Source: Rhizophagus irregularis
Taxonomy: Eukaryota
DNA length: 64,000 bases
NCBI RefSeq assembly: GCF_026210795.1
Contig: NC_089429.1
Span: 7,316,001 to 7,380,000 of the forward strand
Direction: 5' to 3'
Positions within the stretch are counted from its first letter, which is position 1; each line of letters starts with the position of its first letter. Below the pieces are notes generated by a model. It worked only from the letters and a program-made list of their open reading frames with translations. It searched no databases and was not told the origin of the DNA. This document shows, piece after piece, positions 1 through 11,068 of this stretch. The translations under genes and the position numbers were made by a program.

Positions 1-466
1 TACAAATTTACTTTATAAATTAACTTTATATGAAAAAATTATATATTTTTTTTTCTTTTTCTTTTCTTTTTTTTTCTTTTTTTTATGATACTATATTGTG
101 CCTACAATTGAATTGTCGTAACATTTTTGGATAAGGTACAGGAACTACTTTATCCATATGGCTTTCAGTTACAAAGGAAAGAATATGAACAGAAAAAAAT
201 TACAAAATATCAAAATATAGACATGAATACAAATGAATACAAATGAAAAAATGAATATGATAATATGAAATGAAAATTACAAACAATGAATGAAAAGTGC
301 AAAAAAATTACAAATGACACCAATCTATATAGGTTGATATTAAGATGCAAAGTATGTATATGCTATATATGCAAAAAATGAATGATTATACATGTTTCTA
401 AGTATATATAAATGAAATGAATTAAATGATTTATAATCCGCAAAATCTAAGAAATTCAACTCGACA

Positions 467-1144
467 TTATTGACCGCCACCTCCACGGTATGCTTCAGCT
501 TCACGTTTTTGGCCGCCACCTCCACGATACGGTTCAGCTTCACGTTTTTGACCGCCACCTCCACGGTATGGTTCAGCATCACGTTTGCCTGCTCCTCGGT
601 GTGGTTCTGCTTCAGCATCACGTTTTTGGCCGCCACCTCCACGGTATGGTTCAGCTTCACGTTTTTGGCCGCCACCTCCACGGTATGCTTCAGCTTCACG
701 TTTTTGGCCGCCTCCTCCACGGTATGCTTCAGCTTCACGTTTTTGACCGCCACCTCCACGGTATGCTTCAGCTTCACGTTTTTGGCCGCCTCCTCCACGG
801 TATGCTTCAGCTTCACGTTTTTGGCCGCCTCCTCCACGGTATGCTTCAGCTTCACGTTTTTGGCCGCCTCCTCCACGGTATGGATCAGCTTCACGTTTTT
901 GGCCGCCACCTCCACGGTATGCTTCAGCTTCACGTTTTTGGCCGCCACCTCCACGGTATGGGTCAGCTTCACGTTTTTGACCACCACCTCCACGGTATGG
1001 GTCAGCTTCACGTTTTTGACCGCCACCTCCACGGTATGGGTCAGCTTCTCGTTTCTGAAGGGCTACATTATCAAGTTGTAAGGGTGCGGATTGGACGGTG
1101 ATGATGATAGCGAGAAAAAGGAGAATTGCAAAAATGGGCTTCAT
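467..1144 (-). CDS. Secreted Kex2-processed repeat protein (KEP), an alpha-factor-like prepropeptide of 225 aa; predicted products 14x YRGGGGQ and 1x HRGAG
   Basis: ATG at 1144 begins a signal peptide (MKPIFAILLFLAIIITVQSA) and pro-region (PLQLDNVALQKR). Then come 15 cassettes separated by KR, with EA-DP, EA-EA, EA-EP, DA-EP or DA-EA-EP spacers. Stop TAA at 469-467. An in-frame ATG at 1195 is less likely as the start because it adds 17 polar residues ahead of the signal peptide. Confidence 0.93.
   Translation of the reverse strand: MKPIFAILLFLAIIITVQSAPLQLDNVALQKREADPYRGGGGQKREADPYRGGGGQKREADPYRGGGGQKREAEAYRGGGGQKREADPYRGGGGQKREAEAYRGGGGQKREAEAYRGGGGQKREAEAYRGGGGQKREAEAYRGGGGQKREAEAYRGGGGQKREAEPYRGGGGQKRDAEAEPHRGAGKRDAEPYRGGGGQKREAEPYRGGGGQKREAEAYRGGGGQ
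470..1048 (-). repeat. Coding tandem array of 39-bp units (15 units, the last one 33 bp)
   Basis: Period-39 repeat (cacgtttttg..ccgcc..ctccacggtatg..tcagctt) that coincides with the peptide cassettes; a GC-rich island in an AT-rich window. Confidence 0.97.
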
Positions 1145-1346
1145 GGTTTTGTAATTATATGATGAGGGTAAATTAAAGAGTGTACAAGTGGACATACTTG
1201 GCTGATTAATATCGTTTAGTATAATATAAAGGTGAACTCTTCCGGAGAGTATGTCACACTATGAATTATTTGTTTGGTAGATTGGTGTCGAAAAATTAAA
1301 GGAATGAGTTGGAGAAAAAATTTTTTTTAGCGATTTTCAGAGAGTA

Positions 1347-1354
1347 TTTATATA
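1347..1354 (-). promoter_or_regulatory. Putative TATA box of the peptide-precursor gene
   Basis: TATATAAA on the minus strand about 200 bp upstream of the ATG. Weak evidence in such AT-rich DNA. Confidence 0.4.
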
Positions 1355-1924
1355 AGTATCCCATCTATTCCCATTCTCGACTAAGAAGGCTGTGATTACT
1401 TTATTATTAGTGTGACATTCATTCTTTGTGACATCAACAAAGACAAAAAGTTTGGAACAAATAATTTAGTTTCACAGGTTGTTTTCCAAATTTAGCAGAC
1501 AGGCCTAACTAGTATAAATGATGAACATTGTACTTGAAAATGATTGGATATTATTTGCATATTTTGGCATATTAAGATGCGATTATTATAACAGATAACA
1601 ATTTCTTGTTACTTATATTTCTGAACTAGTCTTTCATAAAAGGAAATATGATTAAAACTAACTTTCGATGTTTGTTTATCTCCCAAATTACATCCATAGT
1701 ATTTTAATCTCCATTGTTGTAAACACTAAAGCGATTAAATATAAAAGAGAGAAATATAAAATAATTTACGGTTCTAAATATGAATCATTGGTGCGAATAC
1801 AATTAAGGGGTAAAGTCCTAGGTATCTTTGTCTTTTGAGCATTCATTTTTTTTAAAAACAGAAAAACATAACATATCAGTAAACCATTTTTGTAAAATAC
1901 CGAGTTAAAAAACAAACTCTTTTC

Positions 1925-2050
1925 TAATGAATCAATCGTATAATAAATAAATTTCCTGTTATAGAGGACAGTGTCATTACTTTTCGGATGATTAATCGTT
2001 TACAATAAATTTCCTGTTATAGAAGACAGTGTATTAACAATTTCTAATGA
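1925..2050. repeat. Imperfect ~58-bp tandem duplication upstream of the peptide gene
   Basis: aataaatttcctgttatagaRgacagtgt occurs at ~1946 and ~2004, each preceded by aatcgt. Confidence 0.7.
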
Positions 2051-5000
2051 TTTCGCGTCAATTTATTTATCGTTTTTTAATTGTACAAATGAAATAAGTT
2101 TTAATGATTAAATAAATTTCTATAAAAACAGAAATCTTATAAAAAATTAATGAAACAACATCGAAAATTCTATATAAATCAATATAAACAAAAAAAAAAA
2201 TGATACGTATAATTACTAACAAAGAATAAATTTAGAGCTATATGATTGGTTTCTGAATTAAATAAAGATTTAAATATAAGGAATACGTAAAAATAGGAGT
2301 TGGCTTGGCATATAATAAGCCTTATTTTCTGTTACACGTTTTACATTTTTTTGAATTTAAATTTTTAAAATTAAAAGTATATAACATAAAGTTACCTTAG
2401 AATACTATAAAAAATTAATACTAGTTTTGCGCGAAAAAATATATTTTTTTTATATTGTTCCACAAGATTGTATTTTTTTTTCACAATTGTGAAAAGGGAA
2501 AGCGTTTGCAAAACGAAAGGGGTTATAAATGTAAAAAAATCTTCCCCCGTTTCCCCCGTTTGAGAGAATATATAAAAACGACAACATATCATTGTATGGC
2601 GATCATTATTAAATTTGCACGTTTCGTATATAAAAGGCGCTTAATCTTATAGTATAGAACCTTACAAATAATAAAAAATATTTTATAACTCATTGTTCCA
2701 ATGTTTTTTTTTTTTAATTTCTGTAATTGATGATTTTATTAACGAATTTTTAATTTAATTTCATCGAATCGTATTCCATATTTTCTCACTAATTTATCTA
2801 CAAACTTCTCTAATTAGTGAATTGTTTGTCCTATTGTCAATTTGTCATATGTATAATTTTTCCTTTAGATTGACTTTGATTTATTATTATGAAAGAATGC
2901 CTGCCATACATGCGTTACATGCGACATTCGTGACATTTACAAGTCTCAAAATTGCATAATTCTGAATTAAAAGTTAGTATTCTTTTAATAAAAGAAATAA
3001 TTGAAATAAAAAATAGTTACTGTATTCTTTAACAAATTCACCTTTTGCTTGCATTAATTTTTTCTTTAAAATTTGTAATTTTTATAATTACAGTATATGT
3101 TATATTGTTTAATAATAATGGTATGATGTAACATTTTGTCGCTCCCTATTATGTATGGTTTGTACGTTGTAACATAAAATAATTTTTAATAAAAAGGCAT
3201 AACCTATGAAGTGGATCATCAAAACACTGGTAGGTATAACTCTTTTTGGTTAGATTTACTAGACGAATTTGGAAAAAAAATGATTGTAAAATTATATTAA
3301 TCAAATTAATCAAAAAATTAATCAATTTAATTCGATTTTAATCTTAGTACTAGTATTCGATTTGGTAAGAGTAGCGGCCAACTTGTCTTATTTATACAAT
3401 TATAAAATTATTTTCTATTCTTTGAACATATTTTGCGTATCATATTAGAAGATCTATTCAGATTTCTTACGATGAAAAATCTTTAGAGTTGATTTTTATT
3501 CGTATAACATAACGCAAATTATGTAATCTTTTCATAATTACTAAAATATTTTATTTTTTTTAAAAATAAAAAAAAAAAAATGCCCGCAAAACTTGTAATT
3601 CACAATTCTACCAAGCGTATAGCTAACAAGACTGTCCGTATTACTTCATAAACTTGAAATATTGATTTTATATCTAACATATCTGCAAGAATTCAAAACG
3701 ACCCTATCACCTTTGGTGGTATCTCGCTCAACTTCCCCACCACCAGTCAACCTTTCTTCCGTGCGGTCACTCCCTTCCCAAAATCTCAACATGCATAACA
3801 TGACATTCTACCAACTTTTAAAAGAGGTACGGATAAACAATATCTCAATCTCATCACAAATAAGAACAATAACATTCAGAGTTCACATTCCAAACCACAC
3901 CTTAGTACTACCACCTACTGTACATCATTGGATTTATGGAAACTGCCCAACAAATCAACACACTTATCTATAACTTCCCTCCCACGTGGGATAATGTTAG
4001 TATATCTCACCTCGATGGGCCAGTGTTTATAGTTGACCCTAACATTATCCAATAGTACTAGAGATTGCAACCACCAACCTACACATAATATTAATATTAT
4101 ATTTATGCAGGAATATGGCCTCTAGAAAATAATAAAATTGTATGTGTATTTACTATAATAAATTTTTTTTTTTTTATCGAATTTTATTATCTTGAATTCC
4201 TTTCGCTAACAGTTTATGAGAACACATGAGGAATAAAAAATAAAAAAAAAATACTAGCCCCTTGTACCACCAACCAAAACCCGGTGCCAGTTAATTAATT
4301 TTTGCTAAATATTGGTACAAACAATGTACATGATGCTCCTATAGGGCAAATAATAATTTAATAAATTACCGATAAAATTAAATGATTAACACAAAAAAGA
4401 TTTTACATCATATAAATATTAACCTAAAATAGAATGTTATAGGATAATTACGGATGTTTGAATATCCGACAAAGTAAAATTTGAAAACTTTTAGAAGGAA
4501 TATGAAAAATCAAAAGATGAAAGTAAGAAATAAACCACCTAAAAGAAAATAAACTATTTAGAGAAAGTTAAAAGTAAAGACGATAAAGGAGGAAGAATCA
4601 CTGCTTGCAAAGCACAGTAATCTAAACAAAAGGATCAAAAGAATGGAACCAAAGCATGATCCATCAGATGATAAAGCTGTATCTTAGATTCTTGATGGAC
4701 GGCGACGATCGTTTCATCCTTCCAATGATGAATTGATGAGTCAATGGATGTTGATAGCAAATTGAAGAAAATTTGCTTGCTGAAAAATTTCTTGTAAGGT
4801 ATGACTCAGTATTCGAACATAAAGGTTGACCTTCCATTACATTTATACTTTTCAAGTCATATCTTTCCTTCCCTCTCTTTCTTTTCCTTCCCTTTCTTCT
4901 CCACCTCAACGTTGATGATCAAGTGCCAACAAGTTTTTTTAAAACTTGGCTAAGGAAAAAAATAAATCTTTTAATTGAATTTATTGGAAGAGACCTTTAG

Positions 5001-5645
5001 AGAGAATCAAGAATTTACCTCAGTTACAGTCACAACATTATTATTAAGAGTCTAGGAACAAGTAGAGCGATTACATCAAGTTCAAATATAAAACTACAGT
5101 AATGGTAGCAGGAAAAAATGTCAATAACAAATAGTGTGAATTACAGCTTTCAAGCTTCTCAGGAAAATAAACCATCTGAGGAAGAAACGCTGGAGGCAAA
5201 CGAAACTTATGTCGCTAGAGAAATAGCACCTAGATATATGTATAGCGGGTCCAACGTTCGTAGGTGAAAATTTTCAGAAAAAAAATATTTAGAACTTCTA
5301 ATTGTTACGTTAGCCTGATCGTATATACATCCAATCAGATTATCGTGTTGCAAACTATGGCCGGCATTATGCGGAATTATGCACTGTCACGTTTATATTA
5401 CATATCAATCATGGGGACTGAGCCACAGATTTTGTGTAACTTTATCTTTGAAAATATGAAAATAAAGTAAGAACACATAAAATTAAAAAGAAAAAAACTT
5501 TCAAAAATTTTTAACATTTAACATGTATATTTCAGTTTATAATAATTTTATTTGTACTTTATTAAATTTTAATAAATAAACATAAGACTCATATATATAT
5601 AGTGAATTTTATTATAAAAAATATTAATTAACTTTATTAATACTA

Positions 5646-6202
5646 CAGTCAACTCTCGATATACCGAAGTCGCCATTCAAGACTAAAACTTTGGTATATA
5701 GTGATCTTCGGTATATCAAATTTTTTTATATACCGAAGTTTATATAATTTTTTTTAGAAAACTTCGTTATATTAAGATTAAAATCATGTGACTTTATTAT
5801 ATTATAAAAATCGTTACATATTTTATATTTAACAAATTTTACAAATTACTTGTTGCTAATCCAATTATCTAACGTTCATATCTTTTAAAGCAGCTACTAA
5901 ATATTTAACTTCAAAGTAACGTTAATACTGAAAAATAAAAATGAGAGAATAAAATTGCGAAAGTTACGCAAATTAAACATCATTTGATCATATGATTTTG
6001 ATCTTCAGTATAACGAACTTTTTTTTATTATATACTATTATAAACGGTAAAAATGAAAACTTCAGTATAATGTTATATAAAATTTTATAGTAAAATCGGT
6101 ATATCAAAAGATTTTAATTATTAATGAAAATGGTTATACAAAAATCTTCAGTATATGGTGATCTTTGGTATATTGTGGCTTTGGTATATTGAGAGTATAC
6201 TG
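5646..6202. mobile_element. pogo/Tigger-like MITE
   Basis: TIRs cagtcaactctcgatataccgaag and ctttggtatattgagagtatactg, with TA on both sides and internal ttcggtata-type subterminal repeats. Confidence 0.85.
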
Positions 6203-6534
6203 TAATTTTTTTTTTTAACCAAGGTAGTGCAATTTGTGAGTTTATTAATTATATGTAAGAATATAAAAAAACATCTGTTATATAACTAATTTATTAAAAC
6301 TCCAAATCAGTTCCCCATCCATAAGATTGCTCCTGTGCCCTACCATTACCTTATGAAATTCACCTATATCTTTCAATAGTAGCTATTAAATTATATAGGA
6401 TTACTATTTCATAAGGCTTAAGTAAATGCTTTCACTACCCTCTAGATAAAAAAAAAAAGAAAGGTTATATTATATTTGTATATTTTTGTATTATTATATA
6501 CCTTCCAAAGTATCCTGTTTCCTTCTCTAATAAA

Positions 6535-6990
6535 TTAGTTAATGTATTGTTTTGTTTTTTCTAATGCTATTGACCATTGTTCATTATGTTTCAATATTTT
6601 CTTTTTTTTCAAGTCAAATGTGCCCTCTTCTGTTTGTATAGTTAGAATCCATTTGTATGCAATGCGTTGATGTGCTAATGGCCTTTTCCTTAAATCTTGT
6701 TTTTTTATGCCTTTAGTATGTTCACATTTTGCTACTGCCTTACAACGTGATTGCCAGATGATATTGTAAAATTCACTAACAAATACTTTCAAGAAAAGAG
6801 CTACAATAGTTAATGCTATTCTCTTTGACTTAACAATGGTCTTGAGTTCCTTGTATTTTCCTTTTGGAAAAAAACTTTTTATCATTAAGTGAACATATGG
6901 AATAGGCATATTCAAATCAACAACAGTTGTATTAACAAAGAAGTTGTTATTCCATGAGAGCAGTTGTTGTGTGTCTTCTTGACTTAATTG
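6535..6990 (-). mobile_element. Relic of a non-LTR retrotransposon ORF2 C-terminus
   Basis: The 126-aa ORF contains FYNIIWQSRC, resembling the IW-x-x-RC/RN motif at the C-terminus of LINE reverse transcriptase proteins. No RT core is present. Confidence 0.5.
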
Positions 6991-7708
6991 AATATATTTT
7001 TCTTATAATAAAAAATTTTTGATTATTTGATTACATTTACATACAGTGTTGTCAGCTACAATTGTCCACTTTTATTAATACTAATTCAAGACAATGAAAA
7101 TTAACTTTTAAATATTTTCATATCCATTAAATAACTTTATTTATTATCAAAAGTTAGTTTTATTTGACTAAAATATTTAAATTATATGACAAAATGATAT
7201 TTGCATGAAATATAACAAAAATTAAAGATAACTTCTTCATGAATATTCAAAATAACTTGATGAAAATTAATATTTAAATAATTTTTTATACTTGTAAAAT
7301 AGCCTTTAAAAATGCATTCACTTTGATTAATAAGTTATTGTAACTATATAATAAAGTTAAAAAACAGGTGCAACACAGTTTTTAATTTCAAAAAACTTTA
7401 ACTATCAAATATATATTTAAATAGTTTAATAAAAATTAATAAAAATTACATATCTTTATATCTGCTTAAACAATTTTATTTAAAAGAGAAAAGGGCAAAG
7501 AGAAAAAGAAGAATAAGCAAAAATATATATTATCATTATAATAAATAATTATAGGTTAAAAGAATACTATTATCCAAATTTCAAAAAATTCAAATTTTAT
7601 ATTTTTCTAGAAAATGATGGGAAATTGTGAAAAATGCTATAAATTTTTGGAATAACATTCAAATTTTATGAAAATTTGGAAAAATGTTACATTATACTTC
7701 AAATTATA

Positions 7709-8310
7709 CATGAAGTCAAAATTAGAGCCCAAAAGTAGAAATATTTTGACTTGGGAAGGTCAAAAGTCGAAATTAAAGTCGAAATGGTTGAAATTAAATC
7801 ATAGTCATGTGATTTTTATAATTATAATTTAATATAAAATTTTAAATGTGAATAACTCCGTCAATATTGATGCTACAGATATGAAATATATATCATTAGA
7901 ATCCTCTTGATGAGCTGAATCCAACCGCGTAAAGATCATAAAAATCGAATTACTGGATGCGGAGATCGTTAACTTTGAATTTTAAAATTATTGTTTACTA
8001 TAAAAATTATAAGACTATTTAATACCAAATTTTAAACATGAATAACTCCGTCAATATTGATGCTACAAATATGAAATACATATCATTGGAATCCTTTCGA
8101 TGAGCTGAATCCAACCGCGTAAAGATCATAAAAATCGAATTGCTGGATGCGGAGTTCGTTAACTTTGAATTTTAATATTATTGTTTACTATAAAATCATA
8201 TAATTATGACGTAATTTCGACTATTTTGACTTTTGAAGGGGCTCAAGTCAAAATCATTTTGACTATTTCAACCATTTCGGAGGTCAAAATTAACTAATTT
8301 CAGTTTCATG
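7709..8310. mobile_element. Non-autonomous TIR element (TA TSD) with an internal 190-bp tandem duplication
   Basis: ta|catgaagtcaaaattag ... ctaatttcagtttcatg|ta. The block aataactccgtcaatattgatgctac...gatgagctgaatccaaccgcg recurs at 7851 and 8041. Confidence 0.75.
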
Positions 8311-9416
8311 TATATATATGGGTACCCAATATGTACCCAATAGCATTGATTTTGACCTGTGCTAGTTCTTTAAAATAGATAAATTTGACAATTTACTTTT
8401 TTTTGAATAAAAAATATTTTTCAATTTTTTCAATTTTATTATATTATTTTACACTACAGATCATTTTTGTATGTGCAATTCTTTCATTAAAATGAAAATA
8501 TAAAATAAAAGTGAATTTAAATAAATATTCTTTCCAATTACTAATATTGATTTTTCTATTGGCTGTTCTTTAAGTACACACCTTTCCTAACTGCATGTAT
8601 GTGTATAGCCAGGCCTCAGGTGCATGCATTTATAGAGGTGCAACTGTATTACTTATTATTATATTATTATACTACTTGTACTATTTAAATTACTGCATTA
8701 TATATCACTGTGTAACTTGTATTACTTATTATTATATAATTTATTATGTAATCTTCTATAATAAATATAATTAATATAATTAACTAAATATATATAAAAG
8801 TAGAAGATTATTTTTCTACTTGTATATAAATGAATTATATATTCTACCTATAAATAAAGATTAAATATAAATAAATATTTTAGTATTTTTACTTTTAGTT
8901 TTCTTTTGACAGAACTGAAAATACTGGAATATTAATCATTTGGATTGAAAGTTTAATATTACTTAACTTTTTTAGATTTATGTAAATCAATTTAATTAGA
9001 GGATGAAACTAATGGAATTGGTGGATTTTAGTTTTTAATTTTTACTAATTCAAGTTAATTAGCAAAGAGAAAAGCATACAGTAACCATCAAAAGAAATAT
9101 AACATCATAATTGTTAATCATAATTTACATATATATTTTTTTTCACTTAATTGATAAATATAAATTTAACTAAATTAGGATACATACCCAGTGATCATTT
9201 ATATATATCAAATTAGATTTAATTAAATTTGTAGATTATTCCAGAAATGTACCACTTTATCTCTTTTTAGTGTTGCGTTTCTTTTAACAGTTTATAATGG
9301 TTTATATTAAAATAAAATAATTACACATTTTTAAAAATTATACACAGTTTTTAAAATGTAAAGTATTTATTTATTTTCTTTCATTAATACTTTTCTTTAT
9401 TTTTTTTATTTTAAAT

Positions 9417-10672
9417 ATGCCAAACTGACTAACAATAGAACAATGAGTTCAAGCAATTCAATTATTAAAATTAGGTCTTAGTTTATTTAAAGGAAATGGC
9501 TGCAAGAATTGGTGAAAATATTTACTATTCAAGTATTTAATAATGTAAATGATAAGGAAAAAACTGAAAGATCACATAAGTTAACTGACTGTGATGAAAG
9601 AATTATGATTAAGCATATAATAATAACAAATAAGTATTTCACAGGAGTAAGTGTTTAAAAATCTCTAAAAATTAATGATAAAATTGAAGTAAGTAAAAGA
9701 ATAGTGCAGAGAGCATTAAATAAAAATGGGTTGTTTGCTAGTGCAAAATGTAAGAAACCTTTTTTATCAAAAACACATTGGAAAAAATGATTAAAATTTG
9801 CACAAAAATATCAGAAATGGATTGTAAGTAATTGGAGTAAAGTTGTATGATCAGAAAAGTCTAAATTCCAGATTTTTGAATCAGATAGCCATGCTTATTG
9901 TTAGAAAAAAAGAATGAGCTTCTTAATAATTAACATGTAAAGCCTACAGTTAAGTTTGGTGATGGAGTATTTTCGTATGAGAGTGTTTTACTTGTTTTAA
10001 AGTGGAATACTTATGCAAAATTGATGGAGCTTTGATACTGAATTGTATTGAAAGATCCTTAATAGGAATTTCTTAGATATGTTAAAATACTATAATTTAG
10101 ACTGTGAAAATATTATATTTTAACAGGACAATAATCCTAAGTATATGTTAGAAAAAAAGAACGAGCTTCTTAATAATTAACATGTAAAGCCTACAGTTAA
10201 GTTTAGTGATGGGAGTATTTTCGTATGAGAGTGTTTTACTTATTTTGAAGTGGAATACTTATGCAAAATCAATGGGACCTTGATACTGAATTGTATCGAA
10301 AAATCCTTAATAAGGATTTCTTAGATATGTTAGAATATTATAATTTAGACTGTGAAAATATTATATTTTAATAGGACAATGATCCTAAGTATACTGCAAA
10401 ACATACTTTAAAGTGGTTTGAGGATAATAATATTCAATTACTTAGCTGGCTACCTTAATCTCCAGATTTAAATCTAATTGAATACTTTTAGAATGATGTA
10501 GACTGCCATCTTAGACAATTAGATGTAGAAAATTAGAGGTAAAAATACGTTATAAAAATATGTTTCAAAGATATAGAATAAAACATTATTAGAAACATAT
10601 ACAAAGTTAATAAATACGATGCCAGAGAGAATTAATGATGTTTTAAAAGCTAAGAAAGGGTATACAAGATAG
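9417..10672 (+). pseudogene. Tc1 DDE transposase pseudogene
   Basis: Translated fragments KKPFLSKTHWKK*LKFAQKYQKW, WSKVV*SEKSKF, KPTVKFGDG and DNDPKYTAK...WLP*SPDLNLIE match the Tc1 motifs WSDESKF, QQDNDPKH and WPxxSPDLNPIE. Many stops, and a ~248-bp internal duplication (~9898 and ~10146). Confidence 0.9.
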
Positions 10673-10802
10673 TAGATTTATTTTTAAAAGTAATTATAAT
10701 AAATTTTATTACATATTTTTGCTAGATAAAAAAAAATATATAAAATTTATTTTCATTAAAAAAAACGCAACAGCATTTTTTTTACATATCATTATGTAAT
10801 TT

Positions 10803-11068
10803 TAGTGTTGTGATCTGTTAATCCGTCAATTCATCAATCCACAAATTTATCCAATTTGAAACTCATCTGGATCATCTATGAATCCGTTTTTTGCTCATCT
10901 GGATCAATCTGTTATCCATTACCTCTATGTTTAATGGATTGGATCTGAATCATCCAGATTGTGCATATAACTTTCTCATCTGAATTAGATCCAGATTTTC
11001 ATCCAGATCATCCATTTATTTTCAGACTGGATTGAACGGATGACAGATTCATCCAGATTGTAACACTA
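10803..11068. mobile_element. hAT-type MITE nested in the Tc1 right arm
   Basis: TIRs tagtgttgtgatctg and cagattgtaacacta; perfect 8-bp TSD tgtaattt (10795-10802 and 11069-11076); many atcc/ggat subterminal motifs. Confidence 0.9.

Noticed and set aside
470..1048. CRISPR-like array
   Set aside because: Contiguous near-identical units with no unique spacers, protein-coding, in a eukaryotic context with no cas genes.
340..1101. Three other long ORFs over the repeat (340-1032 minus, 470-1081 plus, 490-1101 plus)
   Set aside because: Shadow frames of a stop-free 39-bp repeat. They use non-ATG starts or lack a signal peptide, and the unit-to-unit variation is silent only in the KR/YRGGGGQ frame.
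467..1144. Dikaritin-type RiPP gene cluster, or mimicry of plant Pep/PSK peptides
   Set aside because: No DUF3328/UstYa, tyrosinase or other tailoring gene is visible in the window, although the left flank is not shown. Resemblance to plant peptides is limited to a few Gly-rich residues.
3580..5260. Coding-like stretches (ATG at ~3580, ORFs 3662-3973 and 4664-4909)
   Set aside because: Interrupted by stops, with no recognisable motif; possibly decayed genes or TEs but not assignable.
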